A stretch of DNA of 64,000 bases from Callorhinchus milii (Eukaryota): positions 14,324,001-14,388,000 of the forward strand of contig NW_024704743.1 in assembly GCF_018977255.1 (NCBI RefSeq), read 5' to 3'. Positions 38,540-51,645 of the stretch are shown here, one piece after another. How positions within the stretch are numbered: position 1 is the stretch's first letter; the number at the start of each line of letters is the position of its first letter. A model generated the notes under the pieces. That model was not told the DNA's origin, searched no databases, and was given only the letters and a program-made list of their open reading frames with translations. The translations under genes and the position numbers were made by a program.

Positions 38540-39860
38540 GTAGATCTGTCTGACCAACCTCAAAGACTTTTTTGAGGAGGTAACATTCCAGTTTGATCGT
38601 GGCATAATATTATATGACGAGCATAAAAAGACTTCCAAAAGGCACATGAACACCACATGAGAGACTTCTTCACAAATTGATGTCACTCTGTTTCAAGAGC
38701 AAGACAAGGATGTGAATTTGAAATTGTTTGAAGGGAATGAGGCAGAGGATAGTCATTAGGGAGCTAGGTCAACATGATGGAGTTATGAAGAGGTGAATCT
38801 CAGGGGTCTGTACTGGGACCCCCCCTGTTCCTTGAATATATAATATTAATGACCTGGATTCACAGACTCAGTGCAGGGTAGTTACATTTGCAGATGACAC
38901 CAAGTTGGGGGAACCTGTGGAAACAGAGAAGACAACAAAGGTCTTACAAAGAGAGCTTTATAGGGTATGTGCATGGGCTGATAACTGGCAAATAAAGTTT
39001 AGTATGAGTAAATGAAAGATACTAGATTTAGGAAGTACAAATAGGAAATACGTGCATGGGATTAATTTTCCAAGGAGAAAGCTAAAAGAGACCTAGGGGT
39101 GTTTATTGACTAATTGTTCACTCTGTCAAAACAATGTGAGGCAGCAATAAACAAGGCAAATGGGATGTTGGGCAATATTGCCAAATCAGTTGAGGTTTAG
39201 ATCCCCAGACATCATACTCAATCTGTACAATGCATTGGTCAGGCTGCACCTAGAGTACTGAAGACAACTCTGGTCACTGCGATGTGCAATATAAGGTGGG
39301 GGGGGTGGGGAACGGTGGGGTTGGGGTTCCCACAGCCCTGGAGGAAGTGTAGAACAATAAGGATAATTTCCAGTATTAGAGGAATGAGTTTGAGCAAGGC
39401 TTAGATAATCTGGGATTATTCAACCTTGACAAGAGAGGTCTCCGAGAGGATTTTGAATGGGATAATAATAATAATAATCCTTGCATTTCATATAGCGCTT
39501 TTCACATCTTCCAGATGTCTCAAAACGCTTCACAGAATATACTGTAAAGTGAATTGACTGTATATTTGTGGGTGAAACGGGATTAAGAAAGTAAACAAAT
39601 AAAACATATTTCAGATATGCCAGGACAGTAGAACAATAGAATATAGGTTCAGAATCGTAAAAAGCAATTTGAGGTCAAACATCAAGACGTAAGGCAATTA
39701 ATAACTGGGACAGGTTACCAGAAAGGATCTTTTGAGGCTAGGAAACTGGCCTCATTTGAGAAACAGCTTAAAGTTGTATTGAGAGGACTGGGTAGGGTGG
39801 GTATTCGGGAGAGATGAGATCAAATGAGGAGAAAGGCCTTCTTCGTCTGTGATCTTTTGA
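38540..39860 (+). mobile_element. Old degenerate CR1 RT fragment, interrupted by a SINE tail at ~39462-39578
   Basis: caggggtctgtactgggacc (QGSVLG), tttgcagatgacaccaag (FADDTK), cacctagagtactg (HLEY) with many stops. Confidence 0.8.
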
Positions 39861-41349
39861 CATCAGTTTCATCTAGACTAAGGAGAGCGAGTGAAAGCAA
39901 GCACCTCTTTGTCTGCATGAAATGATGATAGAGATCCACCACCACCACCACAAGAAGATTCTCCTCCAGTACCACATATAAACGCTACATCTCCAAGTGC
40001 ACTAAGATTCTGATTTCCCCCAACAAGATCAATTGCTGTTATAATAGTTCTTCATCTGTCAATAACTATTATGTAGGCCAATTCACAGCTGGATGCATGA
40101 AACGGGATTCCTTGCAAAAAGGAACATTTCATCTCTCTCCACTTGGCCAATGCTTTTTTTTAAGAACAAGGTCAATCCAAATCTACAATATTAGAATTGG
40201 GCCAAAAAAAATTTCAATAAATCTAAACTGATGATATTGCTGTTCAGTTTGGCTGTAGATGCTAGGAATAACATGTGGTTATACAATGAGTTGATGGGAA
40301 TTGAATGTGATAGCAATGTTAAACTGGCAGTTTTTAACAATAAACACTTTCATTTCTATTCTGCCACTATGCTGCTGCATTGTAACTAAATAAATTCAAA
40401 AGAAATTAACCGGTTTTATCAGTGAGAGCTAAATTCAATACAACAATGATTTCATTGAAAGTTATACTGAGCCTATGTCATGAGCTGTTTTTCTTTAAGG
40501 TACCTGATTAATAGCTCCCAGAAGAACCAGAATTTAAAGGCTATGTGACCCAAAAATCATGTCTGACTGAATTGTTTCTACTGTTGCCTCAATGCATTTC
40601 AGAAAACACTTATAGATGTAAGTGAAAATAGTGTTGCTTTTACAAAAGTAATCAATCCAGAGATGATATCTAATCAGGATATATTACTTAATGATTTTGC
40701 TGCTGAACTGAATTATGTCGCCCACAAATATACAGTCAATTCACTTTACAGTCTATTCTATGAAGCACTTTGAGATGTCTAGAAGACGTGAAAAAGCGTT
40801 ATATCAAATGCAAGGATTATTATTATTATTATTAATGGATACCAAACTATACCATATTAGAAGATGCAGATGATAACATCATTGGTGAGTATCAAGCCCT
40901 AGATATTTCGTTTACACATAATGCACAAGTTTTCATTAAGGTCTGGTAGTTGGCAGTCGTAGTGTCTTGAATAGGAAATTTGGGGCAGCTGGTGGCAAGC
41001 AGCTGTGTTTTGTCTTTATTCAATAAAACACACATTTGTCTGCTATATGTGCAATACTCTGACAATACTTATCTGAACGGCAACAACTTCAGCATCCCAG
41101 GAGGTGGTGAGGGGAGGGAGTAAAAGTGTTTAATGCAGAATTCTCTCATCTGCAGAGAGGTCTCTTACTTGGCCATCAATAAAGATCAGAAAGAAGGATT
41201 TTGTTTTGGGGGGATGCCAGTTTCTATATAAACTGTGCTTCAGGATTTTATTTGTAGATTACTATTGATGCTGCACATAATTAATGCTGACAGCTATCAA
41301 GGCAAATGCCTTCCAATAGTTGTTTTTCTCCTAAACGTGCAATACGTAT

Positions 41350-41711
41350 AATAAATAATAATTATTGCATTTGATACAGTGCCTTCTCACATCTTCGGGA
41401 CTCCGCAAACCATTTCACAGAATATACTGTAATATAATATAATAGACTGTGTATTTTGTGGGTGAAATGCGGCAGCCAATTTCGCACAGCAGTGTCCCAC
41501 AAACAGTCATGGATTGAGTGATCAAATTATTATTATTATTTTTTTGAAGGGATTATTGCCCCCGGAAAGCGATCGGCCAATCAACTAACAAGTGGGTTCC
41601 TACTTACTGCTGGGTAAACAGAGGCGTATGTGCGGAGTAAGAAAACTTGCTTAAGGTTTTGCCCTGTCCCGCCCCGAGGCGAGTGCTCTAACCACTACAC
41701 TACAGGACTTC
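41350..41711 (-). mobile_element. SINE family A long variant with partly deleted head
   Basis: Extra module gggttcctacttactgctgggtaaacagaggcgt. Confidence 0.85.
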
Positions 41712-42150
41712 ACAAAAACTCTCTCTCTCTCAGCCTCTCTCTGTCCGTCTCTCATTCATTGTCTTTCTCTCACTGAGAGTCTCAGTCTCACTCTCACAAT
41801 CTCCATATCTCTCACACACTGTTTTATCTGTGTGTGTGTGTCTCTCTGTCACACACACACACAGTACATGTCTCGTCCTCTCTCTGTTCGTCTCACTCAT
41901 CGTCTTTCTCTCACTGATGGTCTCTCTCTTTCTTTCTGTCCATATCTCTCACAAACTCTTTATGTTTGGTTGAAGACTCTGAATGCAATGAGAACGACTG
42001 TGCTAATCTTTCCAGATTAATCTAACATGGTTTATCTGTGTTGGTACACTTGAGTCAGAAAATGAATAGATGAGCAGTTTGGCCTAAAAAATAATTGGTT
42101 TAGTGAAGTTAATCTATGGCAGTGTAGAAGCATGAAACTGTGATAGATAA

Positions 42151-42459
42151 TCCTGTAGCTCAGTGGTTAGAGCACTCGCTTTGCAAGCGAGAGACCTGAG
42201 TTCAATTCCAGGCGGGGCGAAACCTTGGGCAAGTTTCCTTACTCCATACGCCTAATAATAATCCCTCCAAAACCAAGAACAATAATAAATTGGTCATTTT
42301 CAATCTACGACTGTTTGTGGGATATTGCTGTGCACAATTGGCTGCCGCGTTCGCCCACAAGTCAATTCACTTTACAGTGTGTTCTGTGAAGCGCTTTGGG
42401 ACGTCCTCCCGACGTGAAAAGCGCTATATCAAATGCAAGGATTATTATTATTATTATAA
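42151..42459 (+). mobile_element. Young tRNA-derived SINE (family A: tRNA head, Deu-like core, L2-like tail), near full length
   Basis: A box TAGCTCAGTGG, B box GTTCAATTCC, core tgtttgtggga.attgctgtgc.caattggctgccgcgtt, (ATT)n tail, flanked by an ATAATCCT direct repeat (42147-54 and 42456-63). Confidence 0.93.
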
Positions 42460-43436
42460 TCCTCTTTGTTATCCTGAAAACTACAGGCAGAACTAGGTAT
42501 AAGTTTCTTGGAGTCTGATCATGGGCTGTCTTGCAACTAGGTTTGTTATTTACTATCTTTCATTCAATCGATACTTTCCACTTCTCTAAGAAATTTTAAT
42601 GAATGTAAGAGATAATCCTTGATTGTGTCTGCAAATCATAAGGAGTTGAGTATGGATTTCATTTGGCCGTAATACTTCACTCATATGAATGGCATTGAAT
42701 GAGAGCTTTGCTTTATAAACACTCTTATTAAAGGTGGCCAATGTCTTCCTTGCCCTGCCTGTGATAGGTTTGGAAATACCCTACCTTAAATGCTTCAACT
42801 TTGCTGTAATGCAGTGCTTATAATTATTGAACATTTTAGGAATCACTACTAGGAGCCACGTTGCAAAGCAGTACTATAAAAAAATTTCATTTAGTTCCCA
42901 TAAGATGAGACATTTCAACTTAATAAGGCATTAAATTAAAATAAATTCTCTATTATAAACTTCTCAGAGCAGTTTCAAGATATGGTAAACTTCATCAGAT
43001 ATTCACTCATAACAAGCACCTGGTTTTGAGGCTTGAAACGTGTGTCCTCTAGGGAACAAGTCAAATAGTCTAAATGCATCTAGATCATCTATTCCTCTCA
43101 GGATTTTAAAGATGAAAGATGAAATGAGTGTGGGGGGGCATTCTGATGTTAATGGTAGTATGTAATGTGAAGTGAAAACTGGGTTAATTCAGAAGTGTTT
43201 CAGAAAGTTTAATATTACATGACATTGAAGTCGGCAATTTAAGGGCAGTCTTAAGGCAAAGTGTTAATTGGTGCCCTGGAAAATTCATTAATTGCTGACT
43301 AATTGGGTGAGTGTAAAATTGGCCCTTCACTTCATGGCCTTTTTGTGGAATATTGCTGTGCACGAAGTGGCTGCCCTGTTCACCTACAAAAGTACACAGT
43401 CACTACACTTTACAGTAAATACTTTGAAGCTTTGAT

Positions 43437-43760
43437 AGCTGGGAACACTCAGCAGGTCAGGCAGCATCTATAGAGAAAGGAAAGTGAGTCAACGTTTCGG
43501 GTCCATGACCCTTTGTCAGAACTGGGGCATGTTGGGAGGGAGAGGCCTTTAAGGACTAACAAAGAGGGGGGGAAGCAGGGCAAGGAAGACAAAGGAGAAA
43601 ATGGGGTAGAGGACAGGGGATGATGGGCTAAAGAGGTGCTAATGATGCAAAACAAAGGGGGGGGGTGGGATTGCAACAAAACAGGAAGACCAGAGAGAGA
43701 AAAGGTATGTCTCGGACCCAGATGATGTGGTAATGGTCACAGAAGAGTGGGATGGGGAAG
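43437..43760 (-). mobile_element. Penelope-like element terminal fragment carrying a hammerhead-like motif
   Basis: Minus strand reads AGTTCTGACAAAGGGTCATGGACCCGAAACGTTGACT..GATGCTGCCTGACCTGCTGAG after a pyrimidine-rich stretch. This resembles Penelope-type ends as recalled; no RT or GIY-YIG coding sequence is visible. Confidence 0.65.
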
Positions 43761-43844
43761 GTGAGCTGTTATGGTTTGAATTTATTGAAATATTATTACT
43801 ATTATTTATTATAAAGTCCAATTTTATAATAAGAGGAAGCTTAA

Positions 43845-44170
43845 TATATACACGAGGGAAAAGGGAATAGATCCATTCAAATTTTCAAGACTGCATTTGT
43901 TAGGCTTTTGCTAAGTAAGGGTATGAAGGGATAAAGGGCAAATGCAGGTAAATGGAGTTGAGGTACAGGTCAGCTATGATTTAATAGAATGGCGGAACAG
44001 GCTCGAGGGGCTGAATGGCCTTCTACGGTTCCTATGCTCCTTTGTAGATGGATATGGGATGAAGTAAGGAGTTGATAGAGACTCATGTGGAGTATAAACA
44101 TCGGCATAGTTGAATTGGGCCTATGGCCTGTCTAAGTGCTGGACAATATATGTAAATGTATGTAAATGTG
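43845..44170 (+). mobile_element. CR1 3'-end fragments
   Basis: gaatggcggaacaggctcgaggggctgaatggcc matches the tail of the 7620-8990 element. Confidence 0.75.
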
Positions 44171-46834
44171 CAAAGCAGCAAGAGTTTCTATAAGTGAGAG
44201 GAACCAAAATTTGCTTCCAGTCGTGAGCACCCAAACAGTGCTGAACTCAAGGGTTTGTGTTATGACACCAAAATGGTAGCACATTTTGCAGAGCTGTGGA
44301 TTTGCCTTTAAGAGAATTATACAAATCTAATTAAAGCAACTGTCACACTGAACAAATTGATCCAGCTCTGTATGGTCATATCCTTATACTTCTCCAAAAA
44401 ATGACTCTTTGGAGTTTGCTCTTTGGAGCTCTTTCCCCAAATTCCATTTGCCTTCTTTCCCTGCTCCCCAAAACTCTATTAGAAACCTATCTCGAACATA
44501 GGAACAGGAGTAGGCCATTCAGCCCCTCAAGTTTGTTCCACCATTCTATTAGAACCTCCTTGAACATGCCACTCGTCAACATCCTTACATTCCCTCACTT
44601 TCCCTCTTTGTTTGATATTCCCCAGGTGAAGAATTCAAGTTGTTTATCCTGTATGAAACACATTATATAAGTGCAAGTTATCTTGTTGCTATTTGTAACT
44701 CTGAGTTATTATTAGGGACACAAGTTATAAATATTGCATCTTAGATCCCCAAATGTAGAACCGATGTGTCAACCTTTGTCTACGTAGCCATTGACTCATT
44801 AGCAGCATGTGAAATAATAATGAACGAAAAAAAATAAAATGAATGAATGAACACAAATGATTACACCGCCGGTATAGACTTCGTGGCCCACCTGCACACA
44901 TTTTAGTCAGGTAAATAAAACTCAAGAAATGAACATATTCTCAGAAAATCTCATTTTAAAGAGATCACTGAGGTCTGAGATTTGTCTTAAAGCAAAGACC
45001 GTGAGACTTTTCAGGACTTCTGTCAATTCCAGAAGGTGTCACTACCAGATATGGAAATTTGCTAACAAGCTATCACTAATAGTAATGGCGACACAATTCT
45101 CTGTTCAGCATCAGCATATGTACAGATGTCATTATTATGCAAACCAGAGTACCCAGCAGGCAGTATCTGGAATACATCAGAACATCTTGTCTGTCTATGA
45201 TGGGATTTTTTACAATATTCATCATAACCGTATGCCCAAAACCAGTCAACCTGGGTTAGAGTCAAACCAGTGAACTTCTTTCCTCAGGCTGCTTATAGAG
45301 TGTTCGTGTAATCTTACCAGACGTTAATGGGTGAAAAGCTTAATGCTTCCAAAGCAACGGTGGTCGAAGGATATATAATATGTATGTCAAATATCAAATG
45401 TAAAGAATAATATTAATTAAAGATTAATTAATATTAAAAGGCAATTATTCTTACAGACAATGAATCAGCAATGTTAATAATGTACTATGCTTGTGCATTG
45501 GAAATATCTAAACATTATACCTAATGAGGAAAGTGGTAGGTGAAGTTTTAGTGTGACATTAAAAGTCAGTACATTAGTTAATTGCTCTTGCTGTGTTTGT
45601 GTGGGTGAACCAAAGGAACAATGATCAGAAATGGGTGGTTGACAATGGTGGGTAGCCATCAGTAACATGTAAAGATACCAATTTTCTAAAATGTGTTGTT
45701 GTTTATTGCCATCTCCCTTTCTACTACTATTTTACTGATTTATCATCACACTTGCATATATTTCCAAAGCCTTCCCTGTATCATTTACCTAATTTGTCTG
45801 CTCCTGATCATTTTAGTATAATACCAATAATATTATTATATCTCTAATTCTAATAGTCTGTTCCTAATATTTTTTGCACTTCCTTTTTCGCATCTTGTTT
45901 TTCTTATGTGAATTGTTAACCATGTTGTATCTCTTACTTGCAATAATATTGTTTAATGTTTTTTTCTTTTTTCTTTGTTGCCAATGACCAGTTTCTCAAT
46001 GTACTTATTTGGTGTCAGGTTGACTCAGTTGCTTCTGAGTCCAGAGGTATGGGTTCAAGCCCCTCATTATCTAAGGTACTGGGTAAGACTGTACTTCACA
46101 GTAAATGTAAAGCATGCTGTACTTCACAGAGTATTGTAAAAATATAAAACCAGTATTTTTTGTCACCCCAATATTTTCTCAATATTTCCTCTTGTTAACT
46201 TTTCTGTGAAATTAAAAGAAATTCACAGAAATTAATTTTTTTTGTAATTTCCAGAAGGTTTCTTTGCATTTAGCTACTGATATCTTTCCAGTTTTTCAAG
46301 AATGGCCATTCTGTAGTCTATCCTTTTTAGAAAGCTACGTGGAGTGTTGCTAGAACTACGCTGCCACCAGAAATGACAAGAGCATCATGTACTGTTGATT
46401 TGTTGACCAGTTAATTTGCCACTAACAAGAACCATATAAGCACTAAACACTGTTCAACTCCACAAACTCCACTCTCTCTGAGCTTCCAACTCCGGAAACT
46501 CCACTGACTCTGAACTTCCGGAAATTTGATTGAGCAAAAATATAGGTTTGCGAACCAAAATCCCGGACCGTTGCACAAACAAATACGGGTGCAAAATAAA
46601 CCCATTTTACAGCATTTATGTTACAAATTTAATTTTTTCATCTTTTTTCTACATTGCACTTTGTAGAATAATTTTGTTTTAAAATTGCCGTCGTACATGG
46701 CTTTTTAGTACAGGATGCAAATATCTTCTCCATTGTACAAAATACTTACAAGCCTGTGCCTAATACTCTCTAGAATTAGGTTAGCAAGGTGTGTCCCTCC
46801 TGGGAGAGAACACAATCCATTCCAATCATGGGAA

Positions 46835-46866
<32 letters not shown>

Positions 46867-47854
46867 GGATGCATTGAAATCTCAGTTTGGATTGGATACT
46901 CTACATCCTGGTGGTGTATTTTTGCATGTTTTAGGCACTGGCTGACTAAAATAAAGATATACAATCCTAAACTTTACAATATACCCTGTGAAGCGTTTTG
47001 AGACGTTCTCGAGACATGAAAGGTGCTGTATCAAATGCAGGGGTTATTTTTATTGTTATTACTGTGTAATCTCCTCCATCTTGCTCAGGGAAGCTTTTGG
47101 TGCATGGACATGAAGATGCAGCAAGAAAAGATGTAATTCATCACAGTAATGTATTCATGTGCCTCAAAGTCGTGCTTTTTGTTGCAGAATAAAATAAAAG
47201 AATGCCTCGAGGCACTAGGATGCAGTGTGATCCAAACACATCATCCAATCATAAAATTCATTGTTTAATATTGATATTCATTCTTCATTATTTACTTCAA
47301 CAAAGGAAAATAATACATACAGTAGGATGGATTATTTTGGGTCAATGTACAGTGTAAAACAATTATATAAACAATTTGCATTTGATACAGTACATTAGCA
47401 CATCAAAATGTCTCAAAGAGCTTCAGAGCTTCTCTGTAAGGCATGATGACTGTGTATTTGTAGTCAAAGTATACGATAATTCTAAATACACCTTAATATT
47501 TTCATATAATTGTGTACTTGTAAATATTTAGAATGTATTGTGGTAGAAAGAGCAACTATGTGGACACCTCAGTGAGGTGCATTCTTATATATTCTTATAT
47601 AAACACTATATAAATCATCTTCTGGGTGGCCATAATGTTTTTGAAAGTTGATTGATTATATCAAGTTGAGAAGGGAATAGAGAGGGATACAGACAGGACA
47701 TTAGGATGGAAGATCCTGTAGACTATAAGCACTAGCATGGGCTAATTGGGCCATATGGCCTGTTTAGGTGCTGTAACATTCTATGTAATTGTATGTTAAA
47801 CAACTCAAAACAACAGTTGTACAACAAACAGAGCAGTGTAAAAATTAGATTAAA

Positions 47855-48262
47855 TTATTTGCAATTTATATAGTGCCTTTCACATTGGGAGAACATTTCA
47901 GAGGGCTTCACAGAATCATTATTGTAAAGTGTAATGATTATGTATTTTGTTGGCTAATGTAGCAGCCAATTTGCACACATCAACGTCCCACAGACAGCCA
48001 TGAAATGAATAACCAATTTTATATGGGGGATTGTTGTCCAAGACCCCCTTCTCTTTTCAGATAGTGCCATGGGATCCACTCGAATAGGCATTAAGGATTT
48101 TGGTTATCATCTCATCTGAAGGACAGCAACTCCAACAATGGAGTGCACCCCCACCATTGCATTGGAGTGTCAGTCTAGACTGTGTAAATTGAATTTCCCA
48201 ATGTGAGGTGTGAACCCATAATCTTCTGACTCAAAGGTGAGAGTGCTACCGACTGAGCCAGT
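47855..48262 (-). mobile_element. SINE family B
   Basis: Reverse-complement collinear copy; further minus copies at ~13250-13490, 13680-14040, 25410-25645, 26185-26590 and 54570-54875. Confidence 0.8.
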
Positions 48263-48704
48263 CTTCTTCAAGCACAAGAGGTCCAATTCCTTATCATGCT
48301 CTGAACAAACTGAGAAAATGTTCAGTCATGATAACCTTGCTTTAAAGTCTTGTTTCTCAAATGGTCCATCTACTAGACCTGTTCCACCTGTCAGTGACTT
48401 CCTCACCTCATTGGTGCTGCTATGTCTGAATTACAATATTGTCTGAACTTTAAGACCATTGTCAAAAATGTAAGATCATGCAGGATTTTTGAAAAAGACT
48501 TAAATTCAATCTTAATTATCAAAGGTACTTTAAAAAATGGCTTCAAAATTATGTCTGAATGAAGACTAGCTATTCAATGTCCTACCTTTCCTTCTGTTCC
48601 AATGTTTTCGGAAAGTTCTTTATGGTTTCTCTGCAAAATGTAGAAAACATTCCATTATTAGCCATTCTATATGTGGATTGTTATCATGACAAGATTACCA
48701 AGTG

Positions 48705-49460
48705 ATAACAAAACAAAAACAACATTTCTATGAATTTATATAGTGCCTTTCATATAGGGAAGGCGCTGTACAGTTGAGGGTTTGCACCCGAGCTGGGAGT
48801 TGGATTCAAGAGAGGTAGGGGCAAGGGCGGTGGGAGTGGGAAGGTGCTGTCACAAAGGAAGGCCTTGAAATGGACCTTGAAGGAGGGAAGGGAAGAGATG
48901 AAGCGAAGGGACTCCGGGTTGGAGTTGCAGAGGGTGGGTGCAGAGGGTGGGTGCAGAAAGGCTGAAGGCCCAATCACTGAAGGTGAGGCTGGCAGGATGG
49001 GGGACGAGAAGGATGCAAGTGCCTGCTGAGTGGAGAGAGCGGGTGGGTTGATAAGGTTTTAGCAGGACCAGAGGTATTGTGGGGCAAGACCGTGGAGGGC
49101 TTTAAACGTGAGGATGAGGACCTTGAATTTGATCCTCTGGGGGATGGTAAGCCAGTGAATCTGGGCAAGGATGTAGGTGATATTATGGAGTCTGGTGTGG
49201 GAGAGGACATGAGCTGCAGAGTTCTGAATAATCCACATGTTGTAGAGGGAAGAGTTGGGATGTCCGGAGATTGGGAAGTTAGCTAAATCAAACCTGGATG
49301 TGATCAAAGTATGGGTAAGGGTCTTGGGAGCCCAAAGGGAGAGGTAGTGAGAGAGGAGGGCAGTTTTGCGTAGGTGGGGGAAGGTTGAAGGCGAAGGCAT
49401 CGATACGGAGTTTAAAGGCCATTTGAGAGTAGAACAAGACACCAAGGTTCTTTACTGGCT
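48705..49460 (-). mobile_element. L2 LINE 3' fragment
   Basis: IQNSAAHVLS, IHWLTIPQRIKFKVLILTFKALHGLAP. Confidence 0.9.
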
Positions 49461-50573
49461 CGGTGATAATACTGTGGGATTATTCTCTCCTCAATCTATG
49501 ACAATAGAGGAGAATTGCACCCTTTGTAACCAGGCTTGTTGTAACTCTGCTTTTTGGGGCACACCCAACAAAACAGTAGTCTCACATTGCTCTTTTCTTT
49601 GCCAATAATCAAGCTTTTCTTGGGTTCTGCTTTTTAACTCAAAAACGTATTGAATATGCACATTTGTTTTCCTGAATAAAGGATTTATCTTTATTCTATG
49701 AGCTTCCCTGTCAGTAAGCCAAGAAGAATTCAGACGAGTGCTTTGCCATGTGTATGGAATAACATACCACTGTACCTGTACTTTGGCAGTCAATCACAAG
49801 TGAGATTTGTTCACATGGTTGATGCTCCATAACACTAACGTGCAGATAGACAATGATATTTTACTTAATCTTATTTTTACTGACTATTTTATGGAACATC
49901 TGTTGTGGCAGCTAATCTCTGTATGAGTCAAATGTTTTCTAAGCCAAAGTAAGACAAGCTGTTTCATTTAGCGGGTGAAAGGAGTCCAAAACTAATATAG
50001 ATAAACAACCATCTCAAAGCCAAAAGTCAAACCCTCCTCAGTTTGAGTACTTAGATTGCCCCAGTTCAGTTTATTTTGATTCAGGATGTTTTAGTAAAAT
50101 TCTCTGAAATGTTACTTATCTTATTATAGGATAAGATAATAGCCTGCAGAGAAACAGGCCATTTGGGCCATCAAGTTTGTGCTAGTGTTTTTCCTCCACC
50201 AGCCTAATCCCACTTTCCTGTTCACTCCCCACAATCTATAAGAGGCTCTTGAAGCATCTATTATATTCCCTTAAGATATTAAATTAGTGCCACTCTCACC
50301 CCAAATTGATAGCATCTTCCATTTGCCATTTGTATATTTGGTAATTCAAAATGTCACTAAACCATAATCTTTAACTCCTCTGAAGTCCTTTGCCACTTTG
50401 ACATCTTTGGATATACTGGCATCCAGAAATTTCTCTTCACCACAGTTATATTCTTGACTCTATATTTCCAACCATTCCTTCCATACATCCTTCAGATGAG
50501 ATGTTAAACTGAGGTCCTGTCTGCCTGTTTAGATGGACATTAAAGATACCATGGCACTTTTCGAAAAGAGTTT

Positions 50574-50890
50574 ATAATAAATAATAATCGTTGCATTTGA
50601 TATAGAGCTTTTCACGTCTTCTAGACGTCCCAAAGCGCTTCACAAAATATACTGTAAAGTGAATTGACTGTATAATTGTGGGCGAAAGCGGCAGCCAATT
50701 GCGCACAGCAGTGTCCCACAAACAGTCGTAGATTGAAAATGCCCAATTTATTATTGTTTTGTTTTGGAGGGATTATTATTAGGCTCTGTGTGGAGTAAGG
50801 AAACTTGCCCAAGGTTTCGCCCTGCCTGGAATTGAACTCAGGTCTCTCGCTTGCAAAGCGAGTGCTCTAACTACTGAGCTACAGGACTCC
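50574..50890 (-). mobile_element. SINE family A, full length, inside an older family B SINE
   Basis: The host SINE (+) runs ~50488-50573 and resumes at ~50891-51010. Confidence 0.92.
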
Positions 50891-51211
50891 ACAGTGTCTT
50901 GGCCAACAATCCCCCAAATAAAACTAGTCATTCATTTCATGGCTGTTTGTGGGACATTGCTGTGTGCAATTGTATTGTTGTATTTTCCTACAAGTACAGT
51001 CACTCCATGTTCAAGTTTCTGGAATATTCAACCATATTTAGTGTTGTTACTATTTTTATTTAGTTAGTTGGGTGTCTGAAACATCCTGAAGCCTATCACC
51101 ATGCTTAAGAAAATGAGATTGAGAGTTCCACATATGTATGTGTAATCATGGACAATTCACTGTGTCTGGAATTGAAGATGCACTCTCTCCCTTGAGGGAT
51201 GCACACTGCTT

Positions 51212-51645
51212 AACTTCAAGATCCTCATCCTCACCTACAAGGCCATTCACGGCCTTGCTCCCTCCTACCTCTCCGACCTACTATCCCCCTACCTGCCCGT
51301 ACCCTCCATTCCTCTGGCTCCAGTCTGCTCCACATCCTTTGCCCCAACCGCCCTACCATCGGTGGCCGGGCCTTCAGCCTCTCAGCCCCTAGGCTCTGGA
51401 ACTCTATCCCCCAGTGCCTTCGCCGCCTCCTCCCTTTCCTCCTTCAAGGCCGGTCTCAAGACCTTTCTCTTTGACCGTGCCTTCAGCTCCCCCCTCGACT
51501 CTCTACCCCCTCCTCGCTTCCTCCCTTCCCTCCCCTCATCCTGACCATTTCCTCCCTGCTCGGGTCCTGACCCAACTGTACAGCGCCTTGGGACGTCCTC
51601 CCGACGTGAAAGGCGCTCTATAAATGGAATCTTGTTGTTGTTGTT
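51212..51645 (+). mobile_element. L2 LINE 3' end
   Basis: FKILILTYKAIHGLAP-like coding, C-rich 3' UTR, tail cttgttgttgttgtt. Confidence 0.9.

Noticed and set aside
42151..42220. tRNA-Ala(TGC)-like cloverleaf (CTCGC-TTTGCAA-GCGAG arm, A and B boxes)
   Set aside because: The T-stem and acceptor stem are imperfect and it runs straight into the SINE body in many dispersed copies: a SINE head, not a tRNA gene.
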